Source of the DNA: Trichodelitschia bisporula
Lineage: Eukaryota
NCBI GenBank assembly: GCA_010356995.1
Contig: ML996705.1
Span: 558,001 to 622,000 of the forward strand
Length of the DNA: 64,000 nucleotides
Reading direction: 5' to 3'
Shown here: one piece after another, positions 26,233 to 37,421 of the stretch
Layout: every line of letters begins with the position of its first letter
Position numbering within the stretch: position 1 is the first letter of the stretch
Translations under genes and position numbers: made by a program
Notes under the pieces: model-generated
The model's input: the letters and a program-made list of their open reading frames with translations, nothing else
The model's database searches: none
What the model was told of the DNA's origin: nothing

Positions 26233-29200
26233 CTCACACAGCTGCGTGAAAGCGCGGGGCGGAGCGGACTTGCGGCGGCCGGTAGGATAAGCCTCGCGCG
26301 GCGGAGTCGGCGGACCAGAATCAGGATCAGGCGACGCAGAGGACGAGTGCTTAGCGATAACGGAATGATAACTCGGCGGACGACGGGGCCGCGGGAAACG
26401 CGCTTGCAGCGGGGAGAGGTATGACGCGGGCGCGGGCGCGGAGGGAGAGGCGTGGGTAGCCAGGGTGGGCGGGTGGTCGGGGGGATAAGGTTATATGGGA
26501 AGGCTGAAGGCGATGCTTTTTTTTCTGCACCCCCACCCTTGTTCGGGAGCGCAAGGCAGCGACGAAGATAATATGACGGAAGGATGGCGATTTGGCCGGC
26601 AGTGGGGGGTCTGGCTTCTAGCGTGGGACCGGGGGGGGGGAAGTATAGATGAGTGTGCTGGGGCTTCTGGACCGGTTGAGTGGAGCCCTGTGTGCGTGTG
26701 TGAGGAATTTCGGAGGGGGGGGGGGAAGCGAGATAGGCGCGATTACTGAGCTCGCAATATGTAAGTATTCGGCGGCGACTGGTCTGCGGTGCCGCAACGA
26801 TGCCCTCTCGTCGAGGCCCGGAGCAATAAAGGCGGATCTGCGTCTGCCTTCTCTTCCCTTTCGCGGGGGAATTGCCTCTCTCGATCGGCGGTGACGAGCA
26901 AGGAGCCGAGAATGCCGATTGCTCTTGCACAAGGATATGCGCTCCTCCCAGGCAGCGAGCAAAAGAGCCTAGCCCGCGGCTTGGAGCACTATCACAGATT
27001 GCAATCTGTGCGCGGTCGATGACGCCAGGGAGGGGTAGGCGGGACCGGGGCGATGGGCGGGACGGCGTAGAGTAGGCGAGCCGAGCGTCGAAAAGAAAGC
27101 CTTGCGTCCAAGCGCCGGCAAAAAATGTAGCTGTAGAACACAACGTCGTGGCACAGGCTATGTCAACCGGCAGGCAGCCGTATCACAGGCTACGTCAACC
27201 GACAGCTGCGGGCAACTCTGCCACGCAAACGGGATCGGGACAGCTGCGCTCGTGGTCTGGTCTGGCCCGTTGGTAGCCGGTTCTCGCACGGGTCCGCTAG
27301 AAGCCCGATCCGGGCCTAGAGACGGGTGGCGGCGCTGGGCCACTCGGGTCGGCGGGTCGGCGGGGCGGCGGGGCGAGCGGTGACTAGAGTGGGCCGAGGC
27401 GTATTCTGTATGGTAGGGCGGAATGAGTGGGACGAGTTGGCGTGGAAGCGGGGGGATTATTTGTGAGCCACGGGCTGGACCGTGGATTTGTGAGAAAGAA
27501 CGGGCTGGGCGAGGCCGGTTTGTTAAGCTGTGCCTGGAGGGCGAGGTCTGAGATAACGACCGCTGGTGGTGAGATGGTGGTGAGAATGGAATGAGGTCAG
27601 TGGTGAGCTGGTGGTGCGACCGATTGCAGAAAATCCTTCAGCTATCAGACGCGGGCGACGCGCTCGTTACATATCTATCCTTCCCACGCAGGTCGCTCGC
27701 CAGCAAACGCCAGCCCGGCCATCGAAACGGGGCATTCGTGCCGTGTATCCCCCTTCGCCTCGCATAATCCATCGCATACCCACGCCCCGGGTACGCACTT
27801 AGCCTACCGTAGGTTGTTAAAGCGCTGAACAGGAAGCCACCTAGCCACCGGCGCACCCATCTCATGCCGTATTCAGCCCATCCATCACCACGTATCCCAG
27901 CCCGCCGGCAGCCTCATGACACCTCAAACCCCCCCCCCCCACGCTACAAAACTAAGAAGGAAAAAGATCTTACCCCTCCCCAACAAATCCCACACATGCC
28001 ATCCCAGCCCACGATCCATCCCCCTCCCAGGAACACGCACACCCCGCCCCACGCGCACCGCACACCACCCTGCCCTAACAACCACTCCAAACACAAGAAT
28101 AGGCCGCCATCCCCCCCACCAGGATCCCCACGCCTGCCCGAACAAGCGAGCACGCTGCCCAGCCCACGTTCCCGGGAAGAAAGGACACTACTGACCGAGT
28201 TCTCAACACCACTACCGGGCCAGTATCCAGCACGCCAACAAAAAAAAGTGTTTTTCTTCTTCGCAATGTATGCGTAGCGAGGCAAGGTGAGGCACCACGA
28301 TATCGCGCCCACACTGCACGTCGAAAACCCCCATCACGCCATGCGCGCCAATCGTGCCCCGCCACACCCTGCCCGTCCCGCAGCCGGTATCGCTGCTTTA
28401 GTGGCCCTGCGTCAGAGGCCTGCGTCAGTGTCGGTGTCTCCATGCTGCGATCCTCCGATCTTGGCACGTCGCACGAAGGCGGCGCGGCCTGCACGTGTTG
28501 CCCGTCGCCAAGGCGTGTATATTAGGGCGGGAAGAGAGGGCAGGATGGGGCGGGATGGTTGAGGAAGGTATATTGGGGGCGTGGTATTGTGCTGCTGCCT
28601 TGAGCGGGGTTGGTGAGGGTGTGGAGGGGGGTCGTCATGTGATCTCGGAGTTGGAAGTCGGGCTCGGAGTTGCGCTAATGACGCGAGGTGAGGCACGGCT
28701 CGGAGTCGGTTCGGGGCCCGATGACCGCCTTCGGGATGCATGTCTGCCGATCTCACTGAAACCCACTTTACGGTACCTGACAGGGGCCGAGCGCCATGGT
28801 GCGCTTAGCAGCAGCGGCTGATTCCGCTAGCGGGCGAATTGGCGTGAGGGCGGAAGAGAACCGCGTACTACGGTAGTGTATGGCACACACTCGTTCTGGC
28901 GCCTGCCGGGCCCGGCATGATCACAAATACTTGACTTCGGCAGCGAGGCAGGACGAGCCCCCGAGGTTCCCTCACGAGTTGGCGGAGTCGTTCGGTCGGG
29001 ATCCAAATCTTCGGACCGATCGGTGAGTGACGGTGTCGGCATCGAGGCATGGGCCGGCCGGGTTCAATGCGAGTAGCTGAGTTGACAGACTAGGAGTGAT
29101 TTGACAGACTAAGTTGAATTGACGAAATGGGGGCGGGGACGGACCTGACTGAGCTGACATACCGGCCTGAGTTGATGCATCGACTTGAGGGGACGCATCT

Positions 29201-29802
29201 TCCAGCGCGATGCCGCGGGATATGCCGGCCACGGTGCTGATTTCTGCTCTGAGGCTGTTAATGGGAGCAAGGCTCTTGATATGCAACAGGCGAATGTGAA
29301 AATCTGAAGTTTGAAATAAAGATAAGGAAAGGAAGAGGGTCGAGAGACTCTCTAGAATATATATACCCTGTCCTCCGTAGGTCCTTCCATTGCTATTCGC
29401 ACGTCATCGGTGCCTGCCTCAGTCGTGCGCACATTATGACATGTACGCCTTTCTTTGGCAGGCACCATCCTCGAATGGTACGTTTCTTCCCAAGTAGATA
29501 TGCTGCCCTGTAACCATATCTGCCCTACTGCCTTGATGGCTTGTGCACCCACATTAGCTGTGATTGAGGGCGACATGGGACGTGGCGAAGGGTAGGGCGT
29601 GGGGTACGAGACTTTTGCGTGTGTTTGCATGGCGGCACGAGTGAAAATTGGCCTTGCATACTGTAGAACTAGTATACGGAATGAACTGGTAGGGTGATAC
29701 ATTACTCATCAGACAAAAGATATGCTCAAAATCCCCCATTGATACCGAACCCCGCACAACGCCCCGAAGCCTAACCCGCGTCTCAGAAATGCAATAACAA
29801 GA

Positions 29803-30903
29803 CTAGATGGGAAATCTCTCGTAGCCCGAATTCCGGTGCGGGGGTTGGTGGTACACGCTTGCTGCATACTCGGACGCCGTGTCTTGATACAACGTCGTGC
29901 GCCGGTTGTCGTCCGGTAGCGGTTCCTTGATTTCCCAGTTGTTTTGCTTGAGCACGCTGAACTCGAGGTCTTCCTTGGTGATGGAGTCCCAGTACTGTTG
30001 CGTTGTCAGCCGTAAGCATCCCAAACAGGAAAAGCAATATCCATACCTTGTACACCATCATCACCCCGAGCAGATTGGTGACCGTGGCAAAGAGGAGGCC
30101 GTCAAGATAGTGCGACGCAGCCTCGCAGATCTTGCTGCTGAACACGTACATGATCACCTGACCAATGATGAACAATGAGACGCCCGCGGCAATATCCCAG
30201 AGGGGCCAGCGGTCCTGAAGCGTGTTCATGACCAAGAAGACCTGCATCACAACATACACCAGCAGGAATATCCCGTTGATGATGTACATGACCACAAACA
30301 GCCCAACCGTGTTGGTGGGACCGAGGCCCGCCCACCCTTTGAAGGTCAACAGCGAGACGGCGCCCGATACGATGAACATGGCCAGCGACACAAGCCGCAG
30401 CAGCCACACGGACAGCGTCGTCCCGTCCTCGTACAGCTGGAAGCCGACGAAGCCGTTGATAAGTAAGCATGTGCAAAGCGCCGACGTCAGTCCGTTCTGC
30501 ACGGCCACGAAGTACGGGTACGAGCCGGATCCTGGCGGCGCAACTCCGGTGTCGAGAATGAGCGAGGCGAGCGAGAGAATCATGTAGACGTAGAAGAAAG
30601 TCATAATCTCCTTGCGGCCTGAAGCTGTTAGCAGGGGCGAAGCACCGCACGAATGCAGAACGCACCAACGGCAGTGAACTTGTTCCGCACGTGGAATATC
30701 ATGATGGACGTCATAACCATGGCCAGAATGTGCGCAAAGCCAACGGCGCCCTGGAAGATGATGGTGTTGGCGAGATCAACTGAGCGCGAGTAGCACTCCG
30801 TCTCCACGCCCGTCTTGCCCGAGATGTGCGAGACGGGGCCTACGAGCGGGCACAGAGGCAGTGCCGCCGTCTCGCATATGCTCTGGAAGTCGCCGAAACC
30901 CAT
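29803..30903 (-). CDS. CHS7: Chitin synthase export chaperone; 3 exons
   Basis: MGFGDFQSICETAALPLCPLVG, CYSRSVDLANTIIFQ, GFVGFQLYEDGT, YWDSITKEDLEFSV. Introns 30619-30665 and 29995-30046. Confidence 0.96.
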
Positions 30904-32023
30904 TGTGCGCGGTTGACTGCTGATCGCATACGAGGTGGGAGGGGAGGGGAGGGTGCGGCGCTTCGGCCAGAGGACGAGAGGTTCGACGAGATCAGGGCGG
31001 GGTACTCCGTAGAGATAGGATTAAAAGAACGGAGGAATATGCGATTGTCGATGAACGAGGAGTGAGTGTGCGGGGAGCGATAAGTAACCGGAGGTGCTGG
31101 TCGGCGCCTTTGTGTTGTGAGGTTGGCGAGTGGTGGTTGTTGAAAGGAGACGCCCAAAACAAGGGTCGCTTGGCTGCGCCACGGGGCAACCCGCTGGTGT
31201 CATCTAAATGCGTCTCAGGAATTCAGGCAGCAATTTTCATGCGAAAACATCACGTCTACACTGTTGAAGAGAGACGGATGTCTTTGCATGATACATACCA
31301 CCGCCGGAGGTTAGGCGATACCTATGGATGAGGAGGGCGGCAACGCCGTGAGAAAGCTCATACTCCTAGTTGCTTCATATGCCCATGAATCTCGAAGCCA
31401 GAGCCCCATCTACTCGAATCTCTACATTCCTCCTCTCCTAGCTAACGTGGAGTCGGCATCAAGCGGAAACTCGTAGCAGAGGTTACACGCTCTTGTGATG
31501 GTCAGCTGTTGACGAAGCTTGTGTTGAAGATTCCCCTACTATCTAGCTAAATTTTCCGCTCATCACCACCGTTAGCTCTCCACAGCTCAAGGCGAGGATA
31601 CCGAACGTGCTCTTAATGATGGGTGTCGTCTGCGGAGCGTTGAGCCTTTTCCGGACCATGCAGACAGTGTTCATATCGCGCGATGATCAACTGGGCGAAC
31701 CGTCTCTTCCGTCATGCCGCTTACCGTACTTGCGAATCCCAAAGTCGCCGGACCCGGGGATTCGCACATCAATTCCTGTCTCCCTGGAGGCTCAAGATGC
31801 CGCCGCTTCATTGGCAGGCACCGATCTCCGCGGACGTTTTAAGGTACCAAATCGGGCTTCTCCCTTCTCGATCTTTGATTAAATTAATACCTGGTGGGTG
31901 CACACTCTGGAACATATACCTTCATTTGGGCTTCACTCCAGATGGTGATGGAGGGACGATAGACCTTTATACCCGCCGTTCACCGGTTTCTAGCACGACT
32001 GAAGCCACCGCCATTTCTCCAGT

Positions 32024-33505
32024 ATGAGATCCACAGTCTTTTCCGTGTTGCTGGCAGCGGCTAGCTGCCTCGCCGAGCCGACCATCTTCCCCGCCAACAA
32101 GGCAACGAACGTCAACCCCGACACGCATCTCATCCTCACCTTCCCCAGCCCGCCCAAGATCGGTACATCGGGATTGATTCGGATCTACGATGCCGCAGAC
32201 AAGAAGCTCGTCGACACTCTCGACATGAGCATCTCGCCGTCGCCGAACCCCTCCGGCCGCGCACCCAATGCCAACGGCCAGACCAAGCAGCCTGGTCCCG
32301 CGGACCCGAACGACAATAGCAAGTACCAAGTCACCATGATCGCTGGGGTTGACTTTCACTTCTTTCCCATCATCGTCCGCAATAATACCGCCACCGTATA
32401 TCCGCACCACGGCGCGCTCAAATACGGCCACTCGTACACCGTTAAGATGGACCCCACCGTCCTGACGCCTGCCGCGGGCGCTTTCTCCGGGTTTACAACA
32501 GACACAGCGTGGACCTTCACGACCAAGGCTGCGTCCCCTACAAACAGCTCGCGCATCGTCGTTGCGGCGGACGGAAGCGGCGACTTCAACACCGTCCAAG
32601 GGGCAATCGACTTCGTCCCAAGCTCCTCCAGCAAACGCATAACCATCTTCATTAAAAACGGCTTCTACGAGGAGCTCGTCTACATGAAGGGCAAGAACAA
32701 CATCATAATCCGCGGCGAGAGCCGCGACAAAGTCATCGTCGGCTACCCGAACAACAGTGCCTTCAACCCACCCAAATCCGGCCCCTCGCGCCGGCCCGCC
32801 TTCACCATCACACAGTGCAAGAGCGTGCAGCTAAGCAGCTTCACAATCAACAACTACTTCGTCGGGCAGGCGGAGGCGCTGCTCGTGCGCGGCGAAAAGG
32901 TGGTCCTTGACCACATGACGCTCAGTGGGTCGGGCGACGCCTTCACAACTTACGGCTCCATTTACTTCGCCGACAGCAAGCTAACGGGCCACGGCGACAC
33001 GGTGCTCGGCTACGGCGCCGTCTTCTACCTGCGCAGCGAAATCCACTCCATCGGTCCGTTTACCTGGACGCGCACGCCGGCCGGCCAGCACGGCAATGTC
33101 TTTGTCAACAGCTCGCTGATCTCGATTAACGAGCCGCTGCCGTGGACGGTGACGGAGGCGCGACCGACGGGCCAGGACAGTAAGTCTACGTTTGCGCGGC
33201 TGCCGCGCAACGGCGGCCCGACGGGCGTGTCCAATTTTCCCAATGCGGAGATGGTGTTGATCAATGTTAAGACGAGCGGGGTGCCGCCTGAGGGGTGGGG
33301 TCCGATTCAGAGTGCGCCGTTTGACACGTCTAACGTGCACTTTTGGGAGTACAATACTATGGACTTGGATGGCAAGCCTGTCGATATGTCCAAGCGTCAT
33401 CCTGTGTCGAAGCAGCTGAAGCTGCCGACTGATGGGAAGACGATTGCGGATTACAGTAACCCGAAGTTTGTGCTAGGGTGGGAGCCGGTGATCGTCGGGC
33501 CGTAG
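32024..33505 (+). CDS. Secreted CE8 pectinesterase-family protein with N-terminal Ig-like domain, intronless
   Basis: Signal peptide; FPANKATNVNPDTHLILTF Ig-like start; VVAADGSGDFNTVQGAID, IFIKNGFYEELV, IRGESRD, QAEAL and FWEYNT pectinesterase motifs. Confidence 0.9.
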   Translation: MRSTVFSVLLAAASCLAEPTIFPANKATNVNPDTHLILTFPSPPKIGTSGLIRIYDAADKKLVDTLDMSISPSPNPSGRAPNANGQTKQPGPADPNDNSKYQVTMIAGVDFHFFPIIVRNNTATVYPHHGALKYGHSYTVKMDPTVLTPAAGAFSGFTTDTAWTFTTKAASPTNSSRIVVAADGSGDFNTVQGAIDFVPSSSSKRITIFIKNGFYEELVYMKGKNNIIIRGESRDKVIVGYPNNSAFNPPKSGPSRRPAFTITQCKSVQLSSFTINNYFVGQAEALLVRGEKVVLDHMTLSGSGDAFTTYGSIYFADSKLTGHGDTVLGYGAVFYLRSEIHSIGPFTWTRTPAGQHGNVFVNSSLISINEPLPWTVTEARPTGQDSKSTFARLPRNGGPTGVSNFPNAEMVLINVKTSGVPPEGWGPIQSAPFDTSNVHFWEYNTMDLDGKPVDMSKRHPVSKQLKLPTDGKTIADYSNPKFVLGWEPVIVGP

Positions 33506-34433
33506 AGTACTGTAGATCGTTGAGATCAATTCGCATGGCTGAACTTCTTCAAATGGTGATCAGATGGAGAAGTGCATATTAAAGTCGTTGCTCATAACAC
33601 GGCTATGGTCTGCCTGGACTGCGTTCTACCACTTTCCCCAGAAACCCTGCTCCACTCGCCCCGCCTGAGCCACACCTCCACCTTGAGGTGACGCTTCCAC
33701 CGGACATCTACACAGTACGCTTCAACGGTACACTTGACATCACCACCGACCATGCCAGCACTCTATCCATCGATGATACAATCCTCTCTACTCGACCGTT
33801 GATGCTACAATAGCCCATTCTCTTTCGGTAGGTCTTGTCTCACGCCTAATCGCTACTGGTCTCGTCGTTTGACAGCAAGCTGAACCATATATCCTCAAAT
33901 ATCAAACCGTTTGCCTGAGAGACATCGATTTCCTGGCGATGATAGGATCTTAGTGACACCCAAGCTGTGATCTCTAGCGGAGAGACACATCTGAGATTCT
34001 TGAAGCCAATTGTTGTCTCTGCCTCTTTCATATCCTTCCTACTCCAAGGGCCACTTCAAGGAACATGTCCCTCAGCGGTTAAGGCCTTTATGGTCTTTGA
34101 TAGTAGTCTTTACTATCACTGCTACTCTCTAACCGCACAAGCGGAAGACAGTTATACTCACTGCCTTCATTCACGAACATCTATTGCTATTTCAAAAGCC
34201 CATTTCAGCATCTACCACCAGCTTCACCACATCTGCCAGCGGCACTCTATCACCTCTCCACTCTCAGCATATCTCCCACTCCACTCCTTGCACATCCCCA
34301 TCCCCTCCCGTCCCGTCCCACAATACACATCACCAACCTGCCTTCCCCACGAGTTCTAGACCCCACCACACCTCCGGTCCCTCCTACCCCTCCCCCGCCC
34401 GGAACCCCGCTAATCCCCAGCCCACCCATCCTC

Positions 34434-35058
34434 ATGCCCGACCTCCCGCCCTACCTGAGCAAATACCTAAAAATGACGCCCGCGGCCCTCTCCCTCGCGG
34501 ACGACGACCGGCTCTGCCCGTTGGACAGCTCCTCCACCGACGTAGAGCTAGTCTACGACGCGCGCATCGGCGCTTTCACGGCGCATGAATGGTCACAAGC
34601 ATACCTGCTTAAGATGGCGCGGAAAGGTACATCCCCTCCCAGCTCGGTCTTCAACCCGGACTAACGCACCAGACACGAACATCCACCTCGCCCGCATCCC
34701 TGTCACGGGCATGGACATCACGCTCCGCCGACGCGACCTATTCAACGACAAGGAGCGGGCGCAGCGCGAGAAGGCGGGTGAGAAAGACCTCAACCGAGTG
34801 CTGCTGTTTTGTCGGGTTGGGTACTTTGTTGCACGGGACCGGAAGTACGTGTACCTCGTTTCGAGGCGGGAGACGCAAACGACGCGTGTGGACTACTCTC
34901 AGATGGAGAATATGCGGCCGGGGAAGAGGGTCACGGTGAGGGATTTTAAGGCACAAGGCTTGCATCGGGTGGAGGAGGGGGAGTCGATGGAGGGCGTTGA
35001 GGAGGAGGTGCATGGCATTGTGACGATGGATGGGCGGAGGGGTCCCTTGGGCGGTTAG
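34434..35058 (+). CDS. Hypothetical protein; 2 exons
   Basis: Two ORFs joined in frame by intron 34627-34672 (GTACAT..CTAAC..CAG). No recognised domain. Confidence 0.6.
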
Positions 35059-35554
35059 TGTGTGGTTGATGTGAGGGAGGTCGCGGCGTTCTTTGTCTGG
35101 AGTGTTTTCCCCCGGAGATGGCGTTATTTTAGTAAGTGAGATGTCCTTCCACGGCTTAGAACAGAGACATATGAAATTGTCCATTGTTCGTGCTGTGCTC
35201 AGAGTGACGCGTGGATCGAGCAACTTGGATCATCGTGAACGGAAGAATGTTGTCCCGTCCAGTGTACAGTAGACTCCAGACGTCGAACACCTACGTCAAG
35301 CAAAGACCGCTTTGATTGAATACACTAGAACTTGTATAATCAAGAATCCAACCGCCCAAACTATTCTACTGCGAACTGCCCGTCGAATATCTCAACGTCT
35401 CATAACGACAGACAAAGCCTATCAATCTATCTTCATCGGTTCATGGTCCGTCGTCACTGGCTCCATCATCACCACCTTAGAGTCAGGCTCGTGGACTCTC
35501 CCAGATCCAGAGACAGGCTGCTGGTCCGTCATAACCACCTCGGACTCAGGTTCC

Positions 35555-36562
35555 TCAACCTTTTTCAACTTTAGACACAGGCTCCTGAACATTCTTAGTC
35601 CAACGAACCGGCCCCAACAACTCAGTCATCTCCTCATCCCCAAGCACCAACTTCCCAAAATACCTCAACTGCCTAACCACGTGCTCGCCATACCGGGCCA
35701 ACATATCCCCCTCCCGTACATCGCGCCTCACATCGCTCCAGCCCCCACCGAACGCCACTTTCTTCAAATCTCTGAACTGCCCAAACCCCCACTTAAGGTG
35801 GAGCACCTCATCCATCCTCCACAGCCGCCTCAGATAGTCCCTAAACGGCTCCCTCGTCTCCTCCGCCTTGGCCGAGTACCCCAACTCCGCCCGGTACAGC
35901 CGGAACGCGTCGATGAGCAGGTCCGCTGCGTCGGCGAACGGCCGGTCGTACAACCATCTGCTGCGCAGCAGATCGGTGAAGGGCCAGTGCGTGGGGACCA
36001 GGTCGGCGGCGGTGGGGATCAGGGGCGCGGGCGGAGGGTTGACGGAGGGGAAGGTGGGGATGGCGGTGGGCGGGGGGGTGTCGACGGGTGCGCTGGTGTC
36101 GGCAGCGGCTAGAGCGATTGCACCGTGGCCCATGTAGTTGCGGAACGCTTCCATGGCTGCGGCGGGGGGGGGTGAAAAGTAACTGCGTCTGCGGCGCGCA
36201 GACGGTTCGCTCGGCTCCCCCGTCTTCAACACGTCCGGTGCGTCTCCCTCTTTTTCATTTGGAGATTCGCCTGGGACGGAGGGGTTAGGCTGATGAGAGG
36301 GGATGCGCGGGACTTGGCTGAGCGGGTCTACGGGACCGCCGGAGGGAGAGTTGACTGGGGAGACGGCGCGAGAGCAGGGGTGAGGGGGGGAGGGCTTGCT
36401 GGACTTAGGTGTGCCGGCTGGGTTCTCGGCGTCGCGTCCCGCGGCAGCGGTGCTCCCTTCTATGGACGTTTTGAGCCGCTTGCCGATGTGGGGCTGGTCT
36501 GGGTCGTTGGTCGTTTCTTCGGGTGTGGCATTTGCTTTGGGGGGTGCGCTCTCCTCTGACAT
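35555..36562 (-). CDS. Hypothetical protein, Pro-rich N-terminus; C-terminus may extend to 35422 across a 1-nt indel
   Basis: 335-codon ORF with a globular-looking second half. Repeat-like coding continues in a shifted frame after the A5 run at 35561-35565. Confidence 0.6.
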   Translation of the reverse strand: MSEESAPPKANATPEETTNDPDQPHIGKRLKTSIEGSTAAAGRDAENPAGTPKSSKPSPPHPCSRAVSPVNSPSGGPVDPLSQVPRIPSHQPNPSVPGESPNEKEGDAPDVLKTGEPSEPSARRRRSYFSPPPAAAMEAFRNYMGHGAIALAAADTSAPVDTPPPTAIPTFPSVNPPPAPLIPTAADLVPTHWPFTDLLRSRWLYDRPFADAADLLIDAFRLYRAELGYSAKAEETREPFRDYLRRLWRMDEVLHLKWGFGQFRDLKKVAFGGGWSDVRRDVREGDMLARYGEHVVRQLRYFGKLVLGDEEMTELLGPVRWTKNVQEPVSKVEKG

Positions 36563-37421
36563 GCTGATTTATTTGTAATGGAAGTTTGGTAAGCGATGGG
36601 ATGGTATTGGCCCGGGGTGGGATTGTAAGGGTTAAGTGTTTGTATTAAAACGGGTGGTGGATAGAGGTGGTAGATGGTTGGGGGTTTGTTTGGTGGTGGT
36701 AGTTGGTGTGGTTTATAGGCGCAGCGGGCGTGGAGTGGTGATGGTTGAGGAAGGTACGGAATATGTAAGCGCGATGAGAATAGCGGGAAAGCGGGAGGGA
36801 GGAGCTCTCGCACCAGATTGCGGATACTTACGCCTTATGGAGGCATGATCGTGCTTGTACTATCAAGATGAAGGCTAATTTTGGCAGATCTGGAGATGGC
36901 ATATCACATCCCGGAATAGCAGCATCACTCACTCAGATTGGCAATATGGCAGTATCACCCGAACTGGCAGCATCATATCCGAAGACAGACGACCAGAGAT
37001 TCGCCCAAGACGAGGCAGTCAGCAACAATGTCATTCGGCCTATTTGATCGGCTCGGTTGCTTGCCGTAAAGGCTGTTATCATCGAACTCCTTCAGTAACC
37101 TCTCATGGAAACTGACGTCGACAGGACAGGGACGCCACAGGGTTCAATGTCGACGGGAAGGAGGTATCTTCCTTCGACCGGAAGGTCCAGAAGCCGGCGG
37201 GCACTCGTACAAGCAGCCGAATCCCGGAGACATAATAATACGTCTACCGAGAAACGCGGCCCCGGCCCCGACGCTGGCGTTCCGTCCGGCCTCGACTTCT
37301 TGAAGGGCACGGAGAACGGATGTCAGTTCATGCTTGCATGTATCCTCATTGCTAGATTACAATTGCCATGGAAATCAGCCCTGATGCCGCTGCACTGGTC
37401 TCTGTGGAAGGGCCATGTCCG

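Noticed and set aside
26240..29780. Multiple ORFs and SYGGRG (CreA-like) sites upstream of the creD-like gene
   Set aside because: ORFs are low-complexity with no motifs; SYGGRG is expected by chance at this GC content.
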